Notes: generated by a model from the letters alone, not told the origin. Positions 18,578 to 28,470 are shown, counted from the first letter of the stretch. The stretch: DNA of 64,000 nucleotides from Patescibacteria group bacterium (GCA_034660175.1 JAYEIQ010000016.1:2373-66372); one strand, 5' to 3'. Numbers and translations: made by a program.

Positions 18578-20023
18578 ATGAAGAAGTTCAACTTTGATAA
18601 AATGAAGAAGATCTATTTTGTTGGAATCAAGGGATCTGGAGTAATTGCTTTTGTTGAACTTTTTCATCTTCAGGGCAAAGAAATTGTTGGTTCTGATACT
18701 GATGAAAAATTTTTCACTGATGATACTCTGAAAAGATTGGGAGTAAAGTATTCAGAAAAGTTTGATGTTGAGAATATAAAAAAGGAAGAACCAATTGATT
18801 TGGTTGTCTATTCAACGGCTTATAGTCCAGAGAATAATCCAGAGCTGAAGTATGCAGTTGGGAAAGGAATTCCAAGCTTGTCCTATCCTGAGCTAATCGG
18901 GCAATTTATGAAAGCGAAATATAGTATTGCTGTTTGTGGGACGCATGGAAAAACAACAACAACTGCAATGTTGGCTTTGGCCATGAAGTATGCGGATTCA
19001 GATCCGACAGCGATTATTGGTTCAAAAATCAAGCAGCTTGATTCAAACAAGATGATAGGTAAATCGGATTATTTTATTTTAGAAGCAGACGAATATCAAA
19101 ACAAATTTCTTCATTATAATCCAAATGCTGTCATTTTGACTTCTTTGGATTATGATCATCCCGATTTTTTTAGTTCCTTTGAGGAATATCTTGAAGTGTT
19201 TAAGGAGTTTGTGCGAAAAATTCCATCACATGGATTTTTGGTTGTTTGGGGAGAAAGTGCATACACTCTTGAAGTTGCGAAAGAGGCCAGTTGTAGAATT
19301 ATAATCTATGGTTCTTTTAGAGAAGAAAATATAGTGTCAACATTGGATGAGGTTCCTGGAGACAAAATAGACGAAAGCCAAATTGAGGATATTAGATTGG
19401 ATTTTTCTGCTGCAGGAAAAGAGGATGTGGAATTTGAAATTGCACCTCCGATCTATAAAATGAAGCTTAAAACTCCTGGAGGACACAATATGCTCAATGC
19501 CACAGCTGTTATCGCGACTTGTAGACAATTTGGCCTTGATGAAGAAAAGGTCATTGTGGCACTTGAGAACTATGAGGGTGCTGCTCGAAGATATGAGAAG
19601 TTGGGAACTTATAACAAAGCAAAAATAATTGATGACTATGCTCATCATCCACAAGAGGTTCGTGCAACGCTTTCTGCTGTGCGCGGGGAATATCCAGACA
19701 AGAATATTATTTGTGTTTTTCATCCGCACACTTTTTCAAGAACACAGGCTCTCTTGACAGAATTTTCTGAGAGTTTTGATGATGCAGATGAGGTTATTGT
19801 TCTCGATATCTATGCATCTGTGCGTGAAAAGGAAGGTAAGGTGACTTCAAAGGATTTGGTGGATAAGATGAGGAGGATAAAACAAAATGTCCAGCATATA
19901 CCAACATTAGAAGAAGTCTGTGAACATCTTGAAAAAACACTCACAAGCAAGGATGTTTTGATTACAATGGGGGCTGGCAATGTTTTTGAAATTGGAAAAA
20001 GATTGGCAGGATATAAAGTATGA
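18578..20023 (+). CDS. murC: UDP-N-acetylmuramate--L-alanine ligase.
   Basis: The N-terminal motif is KKIYFVGIKGSGV, a Mur ligase middle domain is present, and the length is about 480 aa. The annotated ORF start at 18479 overlaps the upstream gene, so I prefer the internal Met at 18578. Confidence 0.8.
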   Translation: MKKFNFDKMKKIYFVGIKGSGVIAFVELFHLQGKEIVGSDTDEKFFTDDTLKRLGVKYSEKFDVENIKKEEPIDLVVYSTAYSPENNPELKYAVGKGIPSLSYPELIGQFMKAKYSIAVCGTHGKTTTTAMLALAMKYADSDPTAIIGSKIKQLDSNKMIGKSDYFILEADEYQNKFLHYNPNAVILTSLDYDHPDFFSSFEEYLEVFKEFVRKIPSHGFLVVWGESAYTLEVAKEASCRIIIYGSFREENIVSTLDEVPGDKIDESQIEDIRLDFSAAGKEDVEFEIAPPIYKMKLKTPGGHNMLNATAVIATCRQFGLDEEKVIVALENYEGAARRYEKLGTYNKAKIIDDYAHHPQEVRATLSAVRGEYPDKNIICVFHPHTFSRTQALLTEFSESFDDADEVIVLDIYASVREKEGKVTSKDLVDKMRRIKQNVQHIPTLEEVCEHLEKTLTSKDVLITMGAGNVFEIGKRLAGYKV

Positions 20024-20451
20024 AAAAACAAAACTTCACAACCGATGAAGACCAAACAAAAGAGTTTGCGAAAAAGCTTGTTGAGGAAGATTTGCCCAGC
20101 AATGTCATTTTGCTTGAAGGGGATCTTGGAGCAGGAAAGACAACTTTTGCGCAAGGTGCATTGAAGACATTTGGGGCCGAAGGCCCATTCACATCTCCGA
20201 CATTTGTGATCATGAAACGCTATGCGTTGGGCGATGAAAAATATGAAAATATTTTTCATTTTGATTGCTATCGTGTCAAGTCGGGTGACGTTCTCGAATT
20301 GGGATGGGAAGAAATAATCTCCAATCCTAGGAACCTTGTTTTTGTTGAATGGCCCGAGCGAATCAAGAAAATTTGGCCAAAAAAATATGTGAAAATTTCA
20401 TTTGAAATTTCGGATAGAAGCAAAAGGAGGATTTTAATTAATAGTAAATAA
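20020..20451 (+). CDS. tsaE: tRNA threonylcarbamoyladenosine biosynthesis ATPase TsaE.
   Basis: The motif ILLEGDLGAGKTTFAQG is a P-loop in TsaE context. The 143-aa product has a 4-nt overlap with murC. Confidence 0.75.
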   Translation: MKKQNFTTDEDQTKEFAKKLVEEDLPSNVILLEGDLGAGKTTFAQGALKTFGAEGPFTSPTFVIMKRYALGDEKYENIFHFDCYRVKSGDVLELGWEEIISNPRNLVFVEWPERIKKIWPKKYVKISFEISDRSKRRILINSK

Positions 20452-20502
20452 CCCCAGTTTAACGGCTCTTTTATTTCGCAGTTTAATGGGGCAAGTAAAA
20501 AA

Positions 20503-21939
20503 ATGAAAATCAATCGTGAAATTATCAGAGGATATGATCTTCGTGGTGTCACTGGAAAAGATTTAACAGCAGAAATTGTTGAGCACTTTGGCAAAGCTTA
20601 TGGGACCTATATCCAAAAAAAAGGAGATGTTAAAGTTGCAGTCGTTGGAAGAGATTCTCGTCTCACCAGTGAGGAATACAAAGATGCATTAGCAAAAGGA
20701 ATTGCATCAACTGGTCTGGACGTGATTGATGTTGGATTGGTCTTAGTTGGCACTGTCTATTGGGCTCAATATCACTTTGACACAATTGCATCTTCCATGA
20801 TCACTGCGTCTCACAATCCGAAGGAATATAATGGAATGAAGTTTTCTATTGATCTTTCTGAATCAATGATTGGTGATGATCTGCAGGAGCTTGTTGATAT
20901 TGTTGAGGCAGGAGAATATGTTCAAGCTGACGAATCGGGAGAGATTAGGCAGGAAGACATTACTGACATCTATTTTAAAGATATCATGGACCGAGTAAAA
21001 ATCACGAAGAAATTCAAAGTTGTTATTGATGCAAGCTGTACGACGCCAGGAGCTGTAATTCCAGATCTGTTAAGAAGAGTAGGTTGTGAAGTCGTCGAAA
21101 GCAATTGTGAACTGGATGGTAATTTTCCTCTTGGAGTTGCTGATCCAACAGAAACAATAGTTGCAGAGAGGCTACGTGATAAGGTTCTTGAGACAGGTGC
21201 TGACATTGGTTTTTCCTATGACACTGACGGCGATAGAATTGGGATTGTTGATGAAAAAGGTGGAATAATTTGGAACGATGTTTTGGTTGCACTTTTTGCA
21301 ATTGAAATTTTGCATGATCATCCAGGTGAGAAAATCATGTATAACACATTGTGTTCCAAGGTTGTTGATGAGACGATAGTGAAGCATGGTGGAGAGCCAT
21401 TTATGTGGCGCACTGGTCATGGCTTTTTGAAAAAGAAGAATCAAGAAGTGAAAGCTCCGTTCATTGGTGAACTCTCCGGACACTTCTTTTTCTCAGCTGA
21501 TTTTTATAATCATGATGATGGGTGCTATGCCACATTAAGACTTTTGAACTATCTTTCTCGAACAGGAAAAACTTTGAGTGAGGAAGTTGATGCTTTGCCA
21601 AAGTATATTTCTTCTCCTGAAATTAAAATAAGTTGTGCTGATAATAAGAAAATAGAGTTGATGGAAAAACTTTCTCCGATAATGAAAGGAGATTATCCAG
21701 AAGCTGAAGTGATTGATGACGAAAGAGCTGGAGATGGAGTTCGTCTCGAGCTGAATGATGCAATGTTTATTGTAAGATATTCTCAAAATGGTCCTTATAT
21801 TACTGTTAAGTTCGAGGGGAAAACGAAACAGAGATATGACGAGTTAGGAAAATATATTAGAACTCTTCTGAATAAGTTTGAGGAGGTTGATTGGAATGGT
21901 CCAATTCGTGTTAATACTGAAGAACTAGAAAAGTATTAG
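20503..21939 (+). CDS. Phosphomannomutase/phosphoglucomutase (alpha-D-phosphohexomutase family).
   Basis: The active-site loop TASHNPKEYNGMK and the IRGYDLRG N-terminal motif (AlgC/PMM-PGM type) are present. A Mg-binding DTDGDR motif and a GEL/ESGH C-terminal region are also present. Confidence 0.8.
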   Translation: MKINREIIRGYDLRGVTGKDLTAEIVEHFGKAYGTYIQKKGDVKVAVVGRDSRLTSEEYKDALAKGIASTGLDVIDVGLVLVGTVYWAQYHFDTIASSMITASHNPKEYNGMKFSIDLSESMIGDDLQELVDIVEAGEYVQADESGEIRQEDITDIYFKDIMDRVKITKKFKVVIDASCTTPGAVIPDLLRRVGCEVVESNCELDGNFPLGVADPTETIVAERLRDKVLETGADIGFSYDTDGDRIGIVDEKGGIIWNDVLVALFAIEILHDHPGEKIMYNTLCSKVVDETIVKHGGEPFMWRTGHGFLKKKNQEVKAPFIGELSGHFFFSADFYNHDDGCYATLRLLNYLSRTGKTLSEEVDALPKYISSPEIKISCADNKKIELMEKLSPIMKGDYPEAEVIDDERAGDGVRLELNDAMFIVRYSQNGPYITVKFEGKTKQRYDELGKYIRTLLNKFEEVDWNGPIRVNTEELEKY

Positions 21940-21988
21940 ATTGGACAAAGTTTCTTTAGAGTGGTAGTCTGAACGAAACAAGGGATTT

Positions 21989-23926
21989 GTGGAAACTTCC
22001 ATAAGAGCCAGTTTGGCAAAGTTGCTGGACTGTTCTTGGCAAAAACTCTTTAAAAAAACAAACATGTCACCAGAGAATCAAACAGATGAATCTTTAATAA
22101 CATTTTTCGGAAGAACAAATTTTCGAGAAGTTGGACGAGATTTTGGCATACGAAAAAAGGATCGACGCCAACATATGTATGTGATTGGAAAGACTGGAGT
22201 TGGAAAAACGGAATTGTTGAAAAACATGGCGTTGCAGGATGTTGAAAGTGGTCATGGGCTTGCAATTATTGACCCTCATGGTGAGTTTGTTGAGGAAGTT
22301 TTGGATCAGATTCCTCCACACAGAACAAATGATGTAGTCTACTTTAACCCAGCGGATATTGATAATCCGGTGGGTTTTAATATTCTTCAAGTTCCTGACG
22401 TTCAGTACAAGCATTTAGTTGCTTCTGGACTCATGGGAATTTTCACCAAAATTTGGGCCAATGTTTGGTCTGCAAGAATGGAATATATCATGAACAATTG
22501 TCTCCTTGCTCTTTTGGACACACCAAACACAACGTTGTTAGGAATTACAAGAATTCTGGTGGACAAAGACTATCGACAAAAAATAATCGATAACGTTAAG
22601 GATCCAGTCGTCAGATCATTTTGGATAAATGAATATGCTAGTTGGAGAGAACAGTTCAGAAATGAGGCCATCGCGCCTATTCAGAACAAAGTTGGACAGT
22701 TCTTGTCTGCTTCATTGATTAGGAACATCATTGGTCAATCAAAAAGTACAATAGACATTCAAGATATCATGGACAACAGAAAGATATTGTTGGTGAATGT
22801 TTCGAAGGGGCTTGTTGGTGAAGACAACTCGGCACTATTAGGAGCGATGATTATCACAAAAATACAGTTGGCTGCAATGGAAAGGGTGAGGATTGAATCA
22901 GAAAAGCGACAAGATTTCTTTTTGTATGTTGATGAATTCCAAAACTTTGTCACAGAATCTTTTGCTGACATTCTTTCTGAGGCAAGAAAGTACAGACTTA
23001 ATCTGATCTTGGCTCACCAATATGTTGGACAACTTGTGACAGACACAACAACAAAGGTGAGAGACGCAGTTTTTGGAAACGTAGGATCGTTGATCACCTT
23101 CAGGGTTGGTGCCGCTGACGCTGAATTTTTGGAAAAGGAGTTTGAACCAAGATTCTATGTGCAGGACCTAGTAAATTTAGAGAACTACAATATTTATCTT
23201 CGGTTGATGATCAATGGAGTTACGAGTTGTCCTTTTTCAGCTACTACGCTTCCACCAAGAAAAATTGATGATGAGCGCAAGTTAAACAGGAAAAAAGTTA
23301 TTCGAGTCTCGAGAGAGAGATATGCGAATTCAAGAGAGGAAGTGGAAGAGAAAATCAATCGCTGGAGTGGAATGTGGAACGACAGTGAGTTCACTGCACC
23401 AAGTGGTGATGGAGGTGCAGCTATTCTCGATAACAAAGAGCCGGATCCTTCACTTAAGGATCCCGAGGCGATCCATCCTGACAATTGCTGGGCTTGTGGC
23501 AAAGATGTAAAATTGAAGTTCATGCCTGACGGAAAACGACCGATTTTTTGCAAAAATTGTTTGGCAAGATCGCGAAGCGAGCAATCAAAAACTGGAAAAC
23601 CAATCTTACTTCCTTATAAGCCTAAAGAAGGTGTGAAAAAAGTGCAGCCCGAATCTATGTCGCAGGAACCACGAAAAGTTGAATCAAGTCCAGAACTGGA
23701 AACGATGGGTATTGGTGCTGATCCACCAAGTGCATCTTCTCCAGCACCAAAGTTGTCTGCATCCAACAATTCTTCGCGGAAAGCAACCTCTTTTCGCGAA
23801 CAAGAAAGCAGTCAGAAAAAGAGGACACAAACATCTCACAAAAAGAAAGAAATAGACCTCAAGAGCGTGCGAGATGCAATCAATGATGCAATGAAAAGGA
23901 AGGATGGAGCAGATGACGGAAAATAA
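21989..23926 (+). CDS. Soluble TraD/TrwB/VirD4-like (type IV coupling protein family) AAA ATPase with a C-terminal CxxC...CxxC zinc ribbon and a low-complexity tail.
   Basis: The Walker A motif is VIGKTGVGKT. An IIDPHGE motif, a Walker B FLYVDEFQNF motif and ILAHQYVGQL are present. No transmembrane helices are found. The C-terminus has CWACGKDVKLKFMPDGKRPIFCKNC followed by an S/P/K-rich tail. The start is uncertain: GTG at 21989 or Met at 22064. Confidence 0.55.
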   Translation: METSIRASLAKLLDCSWQKLFKKTNMSPENQTDESLITFFGRTNFREVGRDFGIRKKDRRQHMYVIGKTGVGKTELLKNMALQDVESGHGLAIIDPHGEFVEEVLDQIPPHRTNDVVYFNPADIDNPVGFNILQVPDVQYKHLVASGLMGIFTKIWANVWSARMEYIMNNCLLALLDTPNTTLLGITRILVDKDYRQKIIDNVKDPVVRSFWINEYASWREQFRNEAIAPIQNKVGQFLSASLIRNIIGQSKSTIDIQDIMDNRKILLVNVSKGLVGEDNSALLGAMIITKIQLAAMERVRIESEKRQDFFLYVDEFQNFVTESFADILSEARKYRLNLILAHQYVGQLVTDTTTKVRDAVFGNVGSLITFRVGAADAEFLEKEFEPRFYVQDLVNLENYNIYLRLMINGVTSCPFSATTLPPRKIDDERKLNRKKVIRVSRERYANSREEVEEKINRWSGMWNDSEFTAPSGDGGAAILDNKEPDPSLKDPEAIHPDNCWACGKDVKLKFMPDGKRPIFCKNCLARSRSEQSKTGKPILLPYKPKEGVKKVQPESMSQEPRKVESSPELETMGIGADPPSASSPAPKLSASNNSSRKATSFREQESSQKKRTQTSHKKKEIDLKSVRDAINDAMKRKDGADDGK

Positions 23927-23989
23927 CTTGACATTTTCGTTCTTTTGATCAATACTGGTTGAAGTTTCTAAATTATCAAGAATGCAAAG

Positions 23990-24304
23990 ATGATAGCAAT
24001 TATTAGGACAGGCGGAAAGCAATACAAGGTTGCCGAAGGCGATGTTATCGAGGTTGAAAAAATTGAAGGAGAAAAAGATGGAAAGATTGTTTTTTTTGAT
24101 GTTTTGTTTGTTGGAGATGAAAAAGATGCAAAAATTGGAATACCAACAGTGAAGGGTGCAAAAGTTGAAGCAGTTATTGTTGAGCAGAAAAAAGGAGAAA
24201 AGGTGACAATTATCAAACACAAGGCCAAGAAAAGATATTTGAAGAAGATGGGGCATCGACAGATGCTCACTAAAGTTGAGATAAAGAAAATTTCAGCAGA
24301 GTAG
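23990..24304 (+). CDS. rplU: 50S ribosomal protein L21.
   Basis: The motif MIAIIRTGGKQYKVAEGDVIEVEKI is the L21 signature. No rpmA (L27) follows. Confidence 0.85.
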   Translation: MIAIIRTGGKQYKVAEGDVIEVEKIEGEKDGKIVFFDVLFVGDEKDAKIGIPTVKGAKVEAVIVEQKKGEKVTIIKHKAKKRYLKKMGHRQMLTKVEIKKISAE

Positions 24305-24405
24305 ATGCTGTTTGCTTGACGAAACTGAATTTTTAATGTAGTGTAGAAAAAGCTTTATTTATTATTTTTTTTGAAATTTAACTAAGTATTGTACATTATA
24401 CGTTC

Positions 24406-24744
24406 ATGGCAAAGGAGAAAAATCTCACTCAAGAAGAAACAAAGTCAAGAATTCGAATCAAGATCAAGGCATATGATCACAAAGTTATTGATCAATCTGC
24501 AAAACAGATTGTTGAGACAGCACAGCGCACAGGCGCTAAAGTGATCGGTCCAGTGCCGCTTCCAACTCAAATCAGAAAGATGACCGTTAACAGATCAACT
24601 TTCAAGAGCAAAAAAGCACGAGATCAATATGAGATCAGAACGCACAAGCGATTGATTGATATTATTGAACCATCCAATTCTACTATTGAGAGCTTGACGA
24701 ATATGGACTTGCCTGCAGGTGTAGGGATTGAAATCAAGATGTAA
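24406..24744 (+). CDS. rpsJ: 30S ribosomal protein S10.
   Basis: The sequence [39 protein letters not shown] is diagnostic for S10. Confidence 0.9.
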   Translation: MAKEKNLTQEETKSRIRIKIKAYDHKVIDQSAKQIVETAQRTGAKVIGPVPLPTQIRKMTVNRSTFKSKKARDQYEIRTHKRLIDIIEPSNSTIESLTNMDLPAGVGIEIKM

Positions 24745-24754
24745 TTTTTTGTCA

Positions 24755-24810
24755 TATTGTTCTATTGTTGTACCGTTAGTCTTTTGTAGCGGTCTGACAA
24801 TAGAACAATA
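24755..24810 (+). promoter_or_regulatory. Long hairpin between rpsJ and rplC with 14-bp perfect arms (TATTGTTCTATTGT / ACAATAGAACAATA) and a 28-nt loop carrying an inner ACCG/CGGT pair.
   Basis: The perfect inverted repeat is seen directly in the sequence and sits at the start of an unusually long (220-nt) rpsJ-rplC spacer. Confidence 0.4.
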
Positions 24811-24965
24811 TAGATTCATCATCTAGTTTAAGTTCCAAGGTGGAATACTGAATTAGCATGAAACCGAATATTTTTATTTTGGTTTGGCTAATGAAACTCG
24901 GTATTTCAAATCAAAACAAGGACATTCGGTTTTGTTTTGGTTTAAATAGTATTTTAGCGAAGTAA

Positions 24966-25541
24966 ATGAAGGTTCTACTTACAAAAAAATTGGGAATGAC
25001 AACAATTTATAAAGAAGGTGTAGCAGACAATGTTACGCTTCTTGAGGCTGGTGAAAATGCTATTGTTGCTTTGAGAAGTGAAGAGAAAGATGGATATGTT
25101 GCTGTTCAGGTTGGAATTGACAAAAGTAAGAATGAAAAAAAGGGATTTGATGTTCATAGTGAATTTAGAATGGGCAGTGCTGATGGATTTGAAGTTGGAA
25201 AGAATTTGACAGTTGAGCAGTTTGAGGAGGGGGACAAAGTTAATATTCAAAGTGTTTCAAAAGGAAAAGGTTATCAAGGTGTGGTGAAAAGACATGGCTT
25301 CGCTGGTTCGCCTGCGTCTCATGGACACCGACATGACTTGAGAGCTCCTGGTTCAATTGGAAGTGCTTTCCCGGAGCGAGTGATGAAAGGAAAGAAGATG
25401 GCTGGTCGAATGGGTGGCGGAAATGTTACTATTGAGAGTTTGAAAGTTTCCCTTGTTGACAAAGAGAGAAACATTATTGCAGTCAAAGGGCCAGTTTCTG
25501 GAACAAACGGAACTGTTGTGAGAATTATTTGTGAGAAATAG
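24966..25541 (+). CDS. rplC: 50S ribosomal protein L3.
   Basis: The motifs KKLGMTTIY and GVVKRHGFAGSPASHG are L3 motifs. Confidence 0.9.
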   Translation: MKVLLTKKLGMTTIYKEGVADNVTLLEAGENAIVALRSEEKDGYVAVQVGIDKSKNEKKGFDVHSEFRMGSADGFEVGKNLTVEQFEEGDKVNIQSVSKGKGYQGVVKRHGFAGSPASHGHRHDLRAPGSIGSAFPERVMKGKKMAGRMGGGNVTIESLKVSLVDKERNIIAVKGPVSGTNGTVVRIICEK

Positions 25542-25563
25542 ATATTTTTAATAGATTACAGCT

Positions 25564-26265
25564 GTGGCTAAAATTGAAGTAAAAAACTTGGAAGGAAAGA
25601 AGATTGAAGAAATCGAACTGAATCCAGAAATTTTTGGATTGGAAATCAATGAAGAACTTGTTTCTGATGTTTTTATTGCACAGCACGCGAACAGAAGAAC
25701 GGCTATTGCTCATACAAAGACAGTGAGTGATAGAGCTGGGTCAACTGCAAAGCCTTGGGCGCAGAAAGGAACCGGACGAGCAAGGACTGGATCAATTCGG
25801 AACCCAATTTGGCGCGGAGGTGGTGTAACATTTGGACCAACAAAGAATCGAAACTTCTCCAAGAAGATAAACAAGAAGGTTGGAATCTCAGCCACTAAGA
25901 TGGTTTTAAGTGGAAAAGTTAGCGCAAAAGAGCTGATTGTTGTCGATAGTCTGAAAACTGACAATAACAAAACGAAAGAAGTGGCGCAGGCTCTCAAGGC
26001 ATTGAAAATTGACAGGAAGGCGCTTTTGGCACTCAGCGCTGATGAGAAAGACACAAAGTTGAGTAGCAGAAATATTAAATATTTGACGAACACGGAAGCG
26101 CAAGCACTTAATGTTTTCGATATGCTTAATAGCAAATATTTGATTGTGAGCAAAGCAGGAATTGAAGAGATTGAGAAAAGATTTGGAAAGAAAGAAAAGA
26201 AGGCAGAGAAAACACCTGAAACAAAGAAGATCAGTGGAAAAAAACAAGATAAAGACAAGAAATAA
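25564..26265 (+). CDS. rplD: 50S ribosomal protein L4 with a Lys-rich C-terminal extension.
   Basis: The motif KPWAQKGTGRARTGSIRNPIWRGGGVTFGP is present. Confidence 0.9.
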   Translation: MAKIEVKNLEGKKIEEIELNPEIFGLEINEELVSDVFIAQHANRRTAIAHTKTVSDRAGSTAKPWAQKGTGRARTGSIRNPIWRGGGVTFGPTKNRNFSKKINKKVGISATKMVLSGKVSAKELIVVDSLKTDNNKTKEVAQALKALKIDRKALLALSADEKDTKLSSRNIKYLTNTEAQALNVFDMLNSKYLIVSKAGIEEIEKRFGKKEKKAEKTPETKKISGKKQDKDKK

Positions 26266-26285
26266 TATCAATTTGATCTAAAGTC

Positions 26286-26795
26286 ATGGTAGCATTCTGG
26301 GACAAAATTAAGTCAGTAGCTAAAGACGCTGAAGAGAAGAAAGAAGAGACACCAAAGAAGGATGTTTCAAAGGTTGTCGATGTGAAGAAAGAGGATTCAA
26401 AAGTGAAGAGCAGTAAGAAAAAGGTTATTAAAGAAGAGAAGAAGGAGAAGAAAAGCAAAAAGAAAGGCAAGAAGGTGAAAAAGAGAAATTTGAAAGCCCA
26501 TGAAGCGCACCTGGTGAACAAGGTTTTGGTGCGACCAAAAATTTCTGAGGCAGTTATGAATCAGCAAATGTTGGGTAAATATGTTTTTGAAGTTTCAAGA
26601 GAGGCGAAAAAATCTGAAATCGCGAAAGCTGTTGAGTCCATGTATGGAGTTAGTGTGGTGAAGGTGAACACTCTTTGTTATAAGCCTAAGACACATGGTT
26701 TTAGAGGAAGAAGCGGAATGAAGAGTGGATTTAAAAAGGCAATCGTCACATTGAAACAAGGTGAAAGCATTGAAATGTTCAAAGAAGCTAAATAA
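26286..26795 (+). CDS. rplW: 50S ribosomal protein L23 with a Lys-rich N-terminal extension.
   Basis: The C-terminal half, YVFEVSREAKKSEIAKAVESMYGVSVVKVNTL...KKAIVTL, matches L23. Confidence 0.8.
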   Translation: MVAFWDKIKSVAKDAEEKKEETPKKDVSKVVDVKKEDSKVKSSKKKVIKEEKKEKKSKKKGKKVKKRNLKAHEAHLVNKVLVRPKISEAVMNQQMLGKYVFEVSREAKKSEIAKAVESMYGVSVVKVNTLCYKPKTHGFRGRSGMKSGFKKAIVTLKQGESIEMFKEAK

Positions 26796-26817
26796 GCTAT
26801 AGATATAATCTACTGAA

Positions 26818-27654
26818 ATGGCAATCAAGGTCTACAAAAAGAATAATGCAGGAAGAAGAAAGATGTCGGTGATAAAGCCGGTCGATTTTACTGACAAAAA
26901 ACCTGAAAAGGCATTGACTCGATCGATCAAGAAAAGTGCTGGTCGTTCAAGAGGGAAGATCTCAATTCGTCACCGAGGTGGTGGAGCACGGAGGAAATAT
27001 CGATTGATTGATTTCAAATTCAATAAGATCGGAGTTCCTGCTAAAGTTGTAGCGATCGAGAAGGATCCAAACAGGAGTGCGCTTATTGCTCTTTTGGTGT
27101 ATGCTGATGGCGAGAAGAGATATATTCTTGCAACTAGTAAAATGAAAGAAGGGAAAGAGATTTTGAATGCAGACAAGACTCCGATCAAAGAAGGAAACAG
27201 GATGATGCTTAAGAATATCCCTGTTGGAACCGAAGTTTGCAACATTGAAATGGTTCCAGGTAAAGGTGCTCAACTTTCAAGAAGTGCAGGTTCAGTGGCA
27301 CTTTTGCAAGCTATTGATGCAGATATGGCCACCTTGAAAATGCCGTCAACTGAGATCAGAATGGTCAAAGAGACGTGTTTTGCAACGATTGGAAGGGTGA
27401 GTAATTTGGAACACAGTGCTGTGAGAATTGGAAAGGCTGGGAAAAAGAGGCACTTGGGAAGAAGGCCGCATGTTAGAGGCTCAGCGATGAACCCAGTGGA
27501 CCACCCACATGGTGGTGGCGAAGGTAGACAACCGATTGGTTTGAAGTATCCAAAAACTCCATGGGGAAAGCCGACTCTTGGAAAGAAGACGAGAAAAAAG
27601 AATAAACAGTCGAATAAGTTTATTGTTAGAAGAAGAAAGAAGAAACGAAGATAA
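26818..27654 (+). CDS. rplB: 50S ribosomal protein L2.
   Basis: The motifs [17 protein letters not shown] and HGGGEGR are present. Confidence 0.9.
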   Translation: MAIKVYKKNNAGRRKMSVIKPVDFTDKKPEKALTRSIKKSAGRSRGKISIRHRGGGARRKYRLIDFKFNKIGVPAKVVAIEKDPNRSALIALLVYADGEKRYILATSKMKEGKEILNADKTPIKEGNRMMLKNIPVGTEVCNIEMVPGKGAQLSRSAGSVALLQAIDADMATLKMPSTEIRMVKETCFATIGRVSNLEHSAVRIGKAGKKRHLGRRPHVRGSAMNPVDHPHGGGEGRQPIGLKYPKTPWGKPTLGKKTRKKNKQSNKFIVRRRKKKRR

Positions 27655-27679
27655 TTAAGATAATATTTTTCATAAAGAC

Positions 27680-28009
27680 ATGGCGAGAAGTTTAAAAAAA
27701 GGTCCATATGTTGATGACCGAGTCCTGAAAAAGATCAAGGATCTCAAATCAGGAGATAATACAGTTATCAAAACTTGGTCACGAGCATGCACGATCACTC
27801 CGGAAATGGTCGGTTTTACATTTGGAGTTCACAATGGAAAAGAATTCACTCCAGTTCGTGTTTTGGAAGACATGGTGGGACACAAGTTGGGTGAATTTTC
27901 ACCGACTCGCAAATTTGTTCGCCATGGTGGAAGAATGCAGAAGGAATTGGAACAGGCCCAGAAAGAGCATGACATTCAAGCAGCAAAGGCCGCTAAAATT
28001 GATGAATAA
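27680..28009 (+). CDS. rpsS: 30S ribosomal protein S19.
   Basis: The sequence [12 protein letters not shown]...[17 protein letters not shown] is diagnostic for S19. Confidence 0.9.
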   Translation: MARSLKKGPYVDDRVLKKIKDLKSGDNTVIKTWSRACTITPEMVGFTFGVHNGKEFTPVRVLEDMVGHKLGEFSPTRKFVRHGGRMQKELEQAQKEHDIQAAKAAKIDE

Positions 28010-28029
28010 TAAAGTTATTGATTAATTCA

Positions 28030-28431
28030 ATGAAAGTTAAGGCAAGACTAAAAAATTACCGATCATCAGCAAGAAAAGTGAGAGAAGTTTCTCCCATCAT
28101 CAAGGGCTTGAGTGTGAAAGAAGCATTGTGGCAACTGGAGAATTTAAAGAAGGGATGCGCTGAGGATTTGAGGAAGTTGCTTTTAAGTGCAATTGCCAAT
28201 GCCACGAACAATCATGCTTTTGAAAAAGAGAATTTGTTTGTTTCGGAATTGGTTGTACAAGAAGGTCGAGTATTGAAACGTTGGAGACCAAGAGCACATG
28301 GGAGGGCTACTCCTATTTTGAAGAGGTCTTGTCATGTGATTTTGACCATTGAAACCAGCGAAGAAGTTGAAAGGGAAAAGCAGGGGACGGAAAAGAAGAG
28401 AGATGAGAAGAAAAAAGAAGAGAAAAAATAA
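28030..28431 (+). CDS. rplV: 50S ribosomal protein L22 with a Lys/Glu-rich C-terminal tail.
   Basis: The L22 fold signature is present: ARLKNYRSSARKVREV...AIANATNNH...RWRPRAHGRATPILKRSCHV. Confidence 0.85.
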   Translation: MKVKARLKNYRSSARKVREVSPIIKGLSVKEALWQLENLKKGCAEDLRKLLLSAIANATNNHAFEKENLFVSELVVQEGRVLKRWRPRAHGRATPILKRSCHVILTIETSEEVEREKQGTEKKRDEKKKEEKK

Positions 28432-28470
28432 TCAAGTGAAATTTGAACGATAATTTATAATAAATAGTTT

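Noticed and set aside
25710-26271. Long minus-strand ORFs (182 aa and 121 aa) inside rplD/rplW, with similar antisense ORFs throughout the r-protein, rpoB and rpoC regions.
   Set aside because: They are antisense to highly conserved coding sequence, with low-complexity Phe/Leu/Ser-rich translations typical of AT-rich antisense frames.
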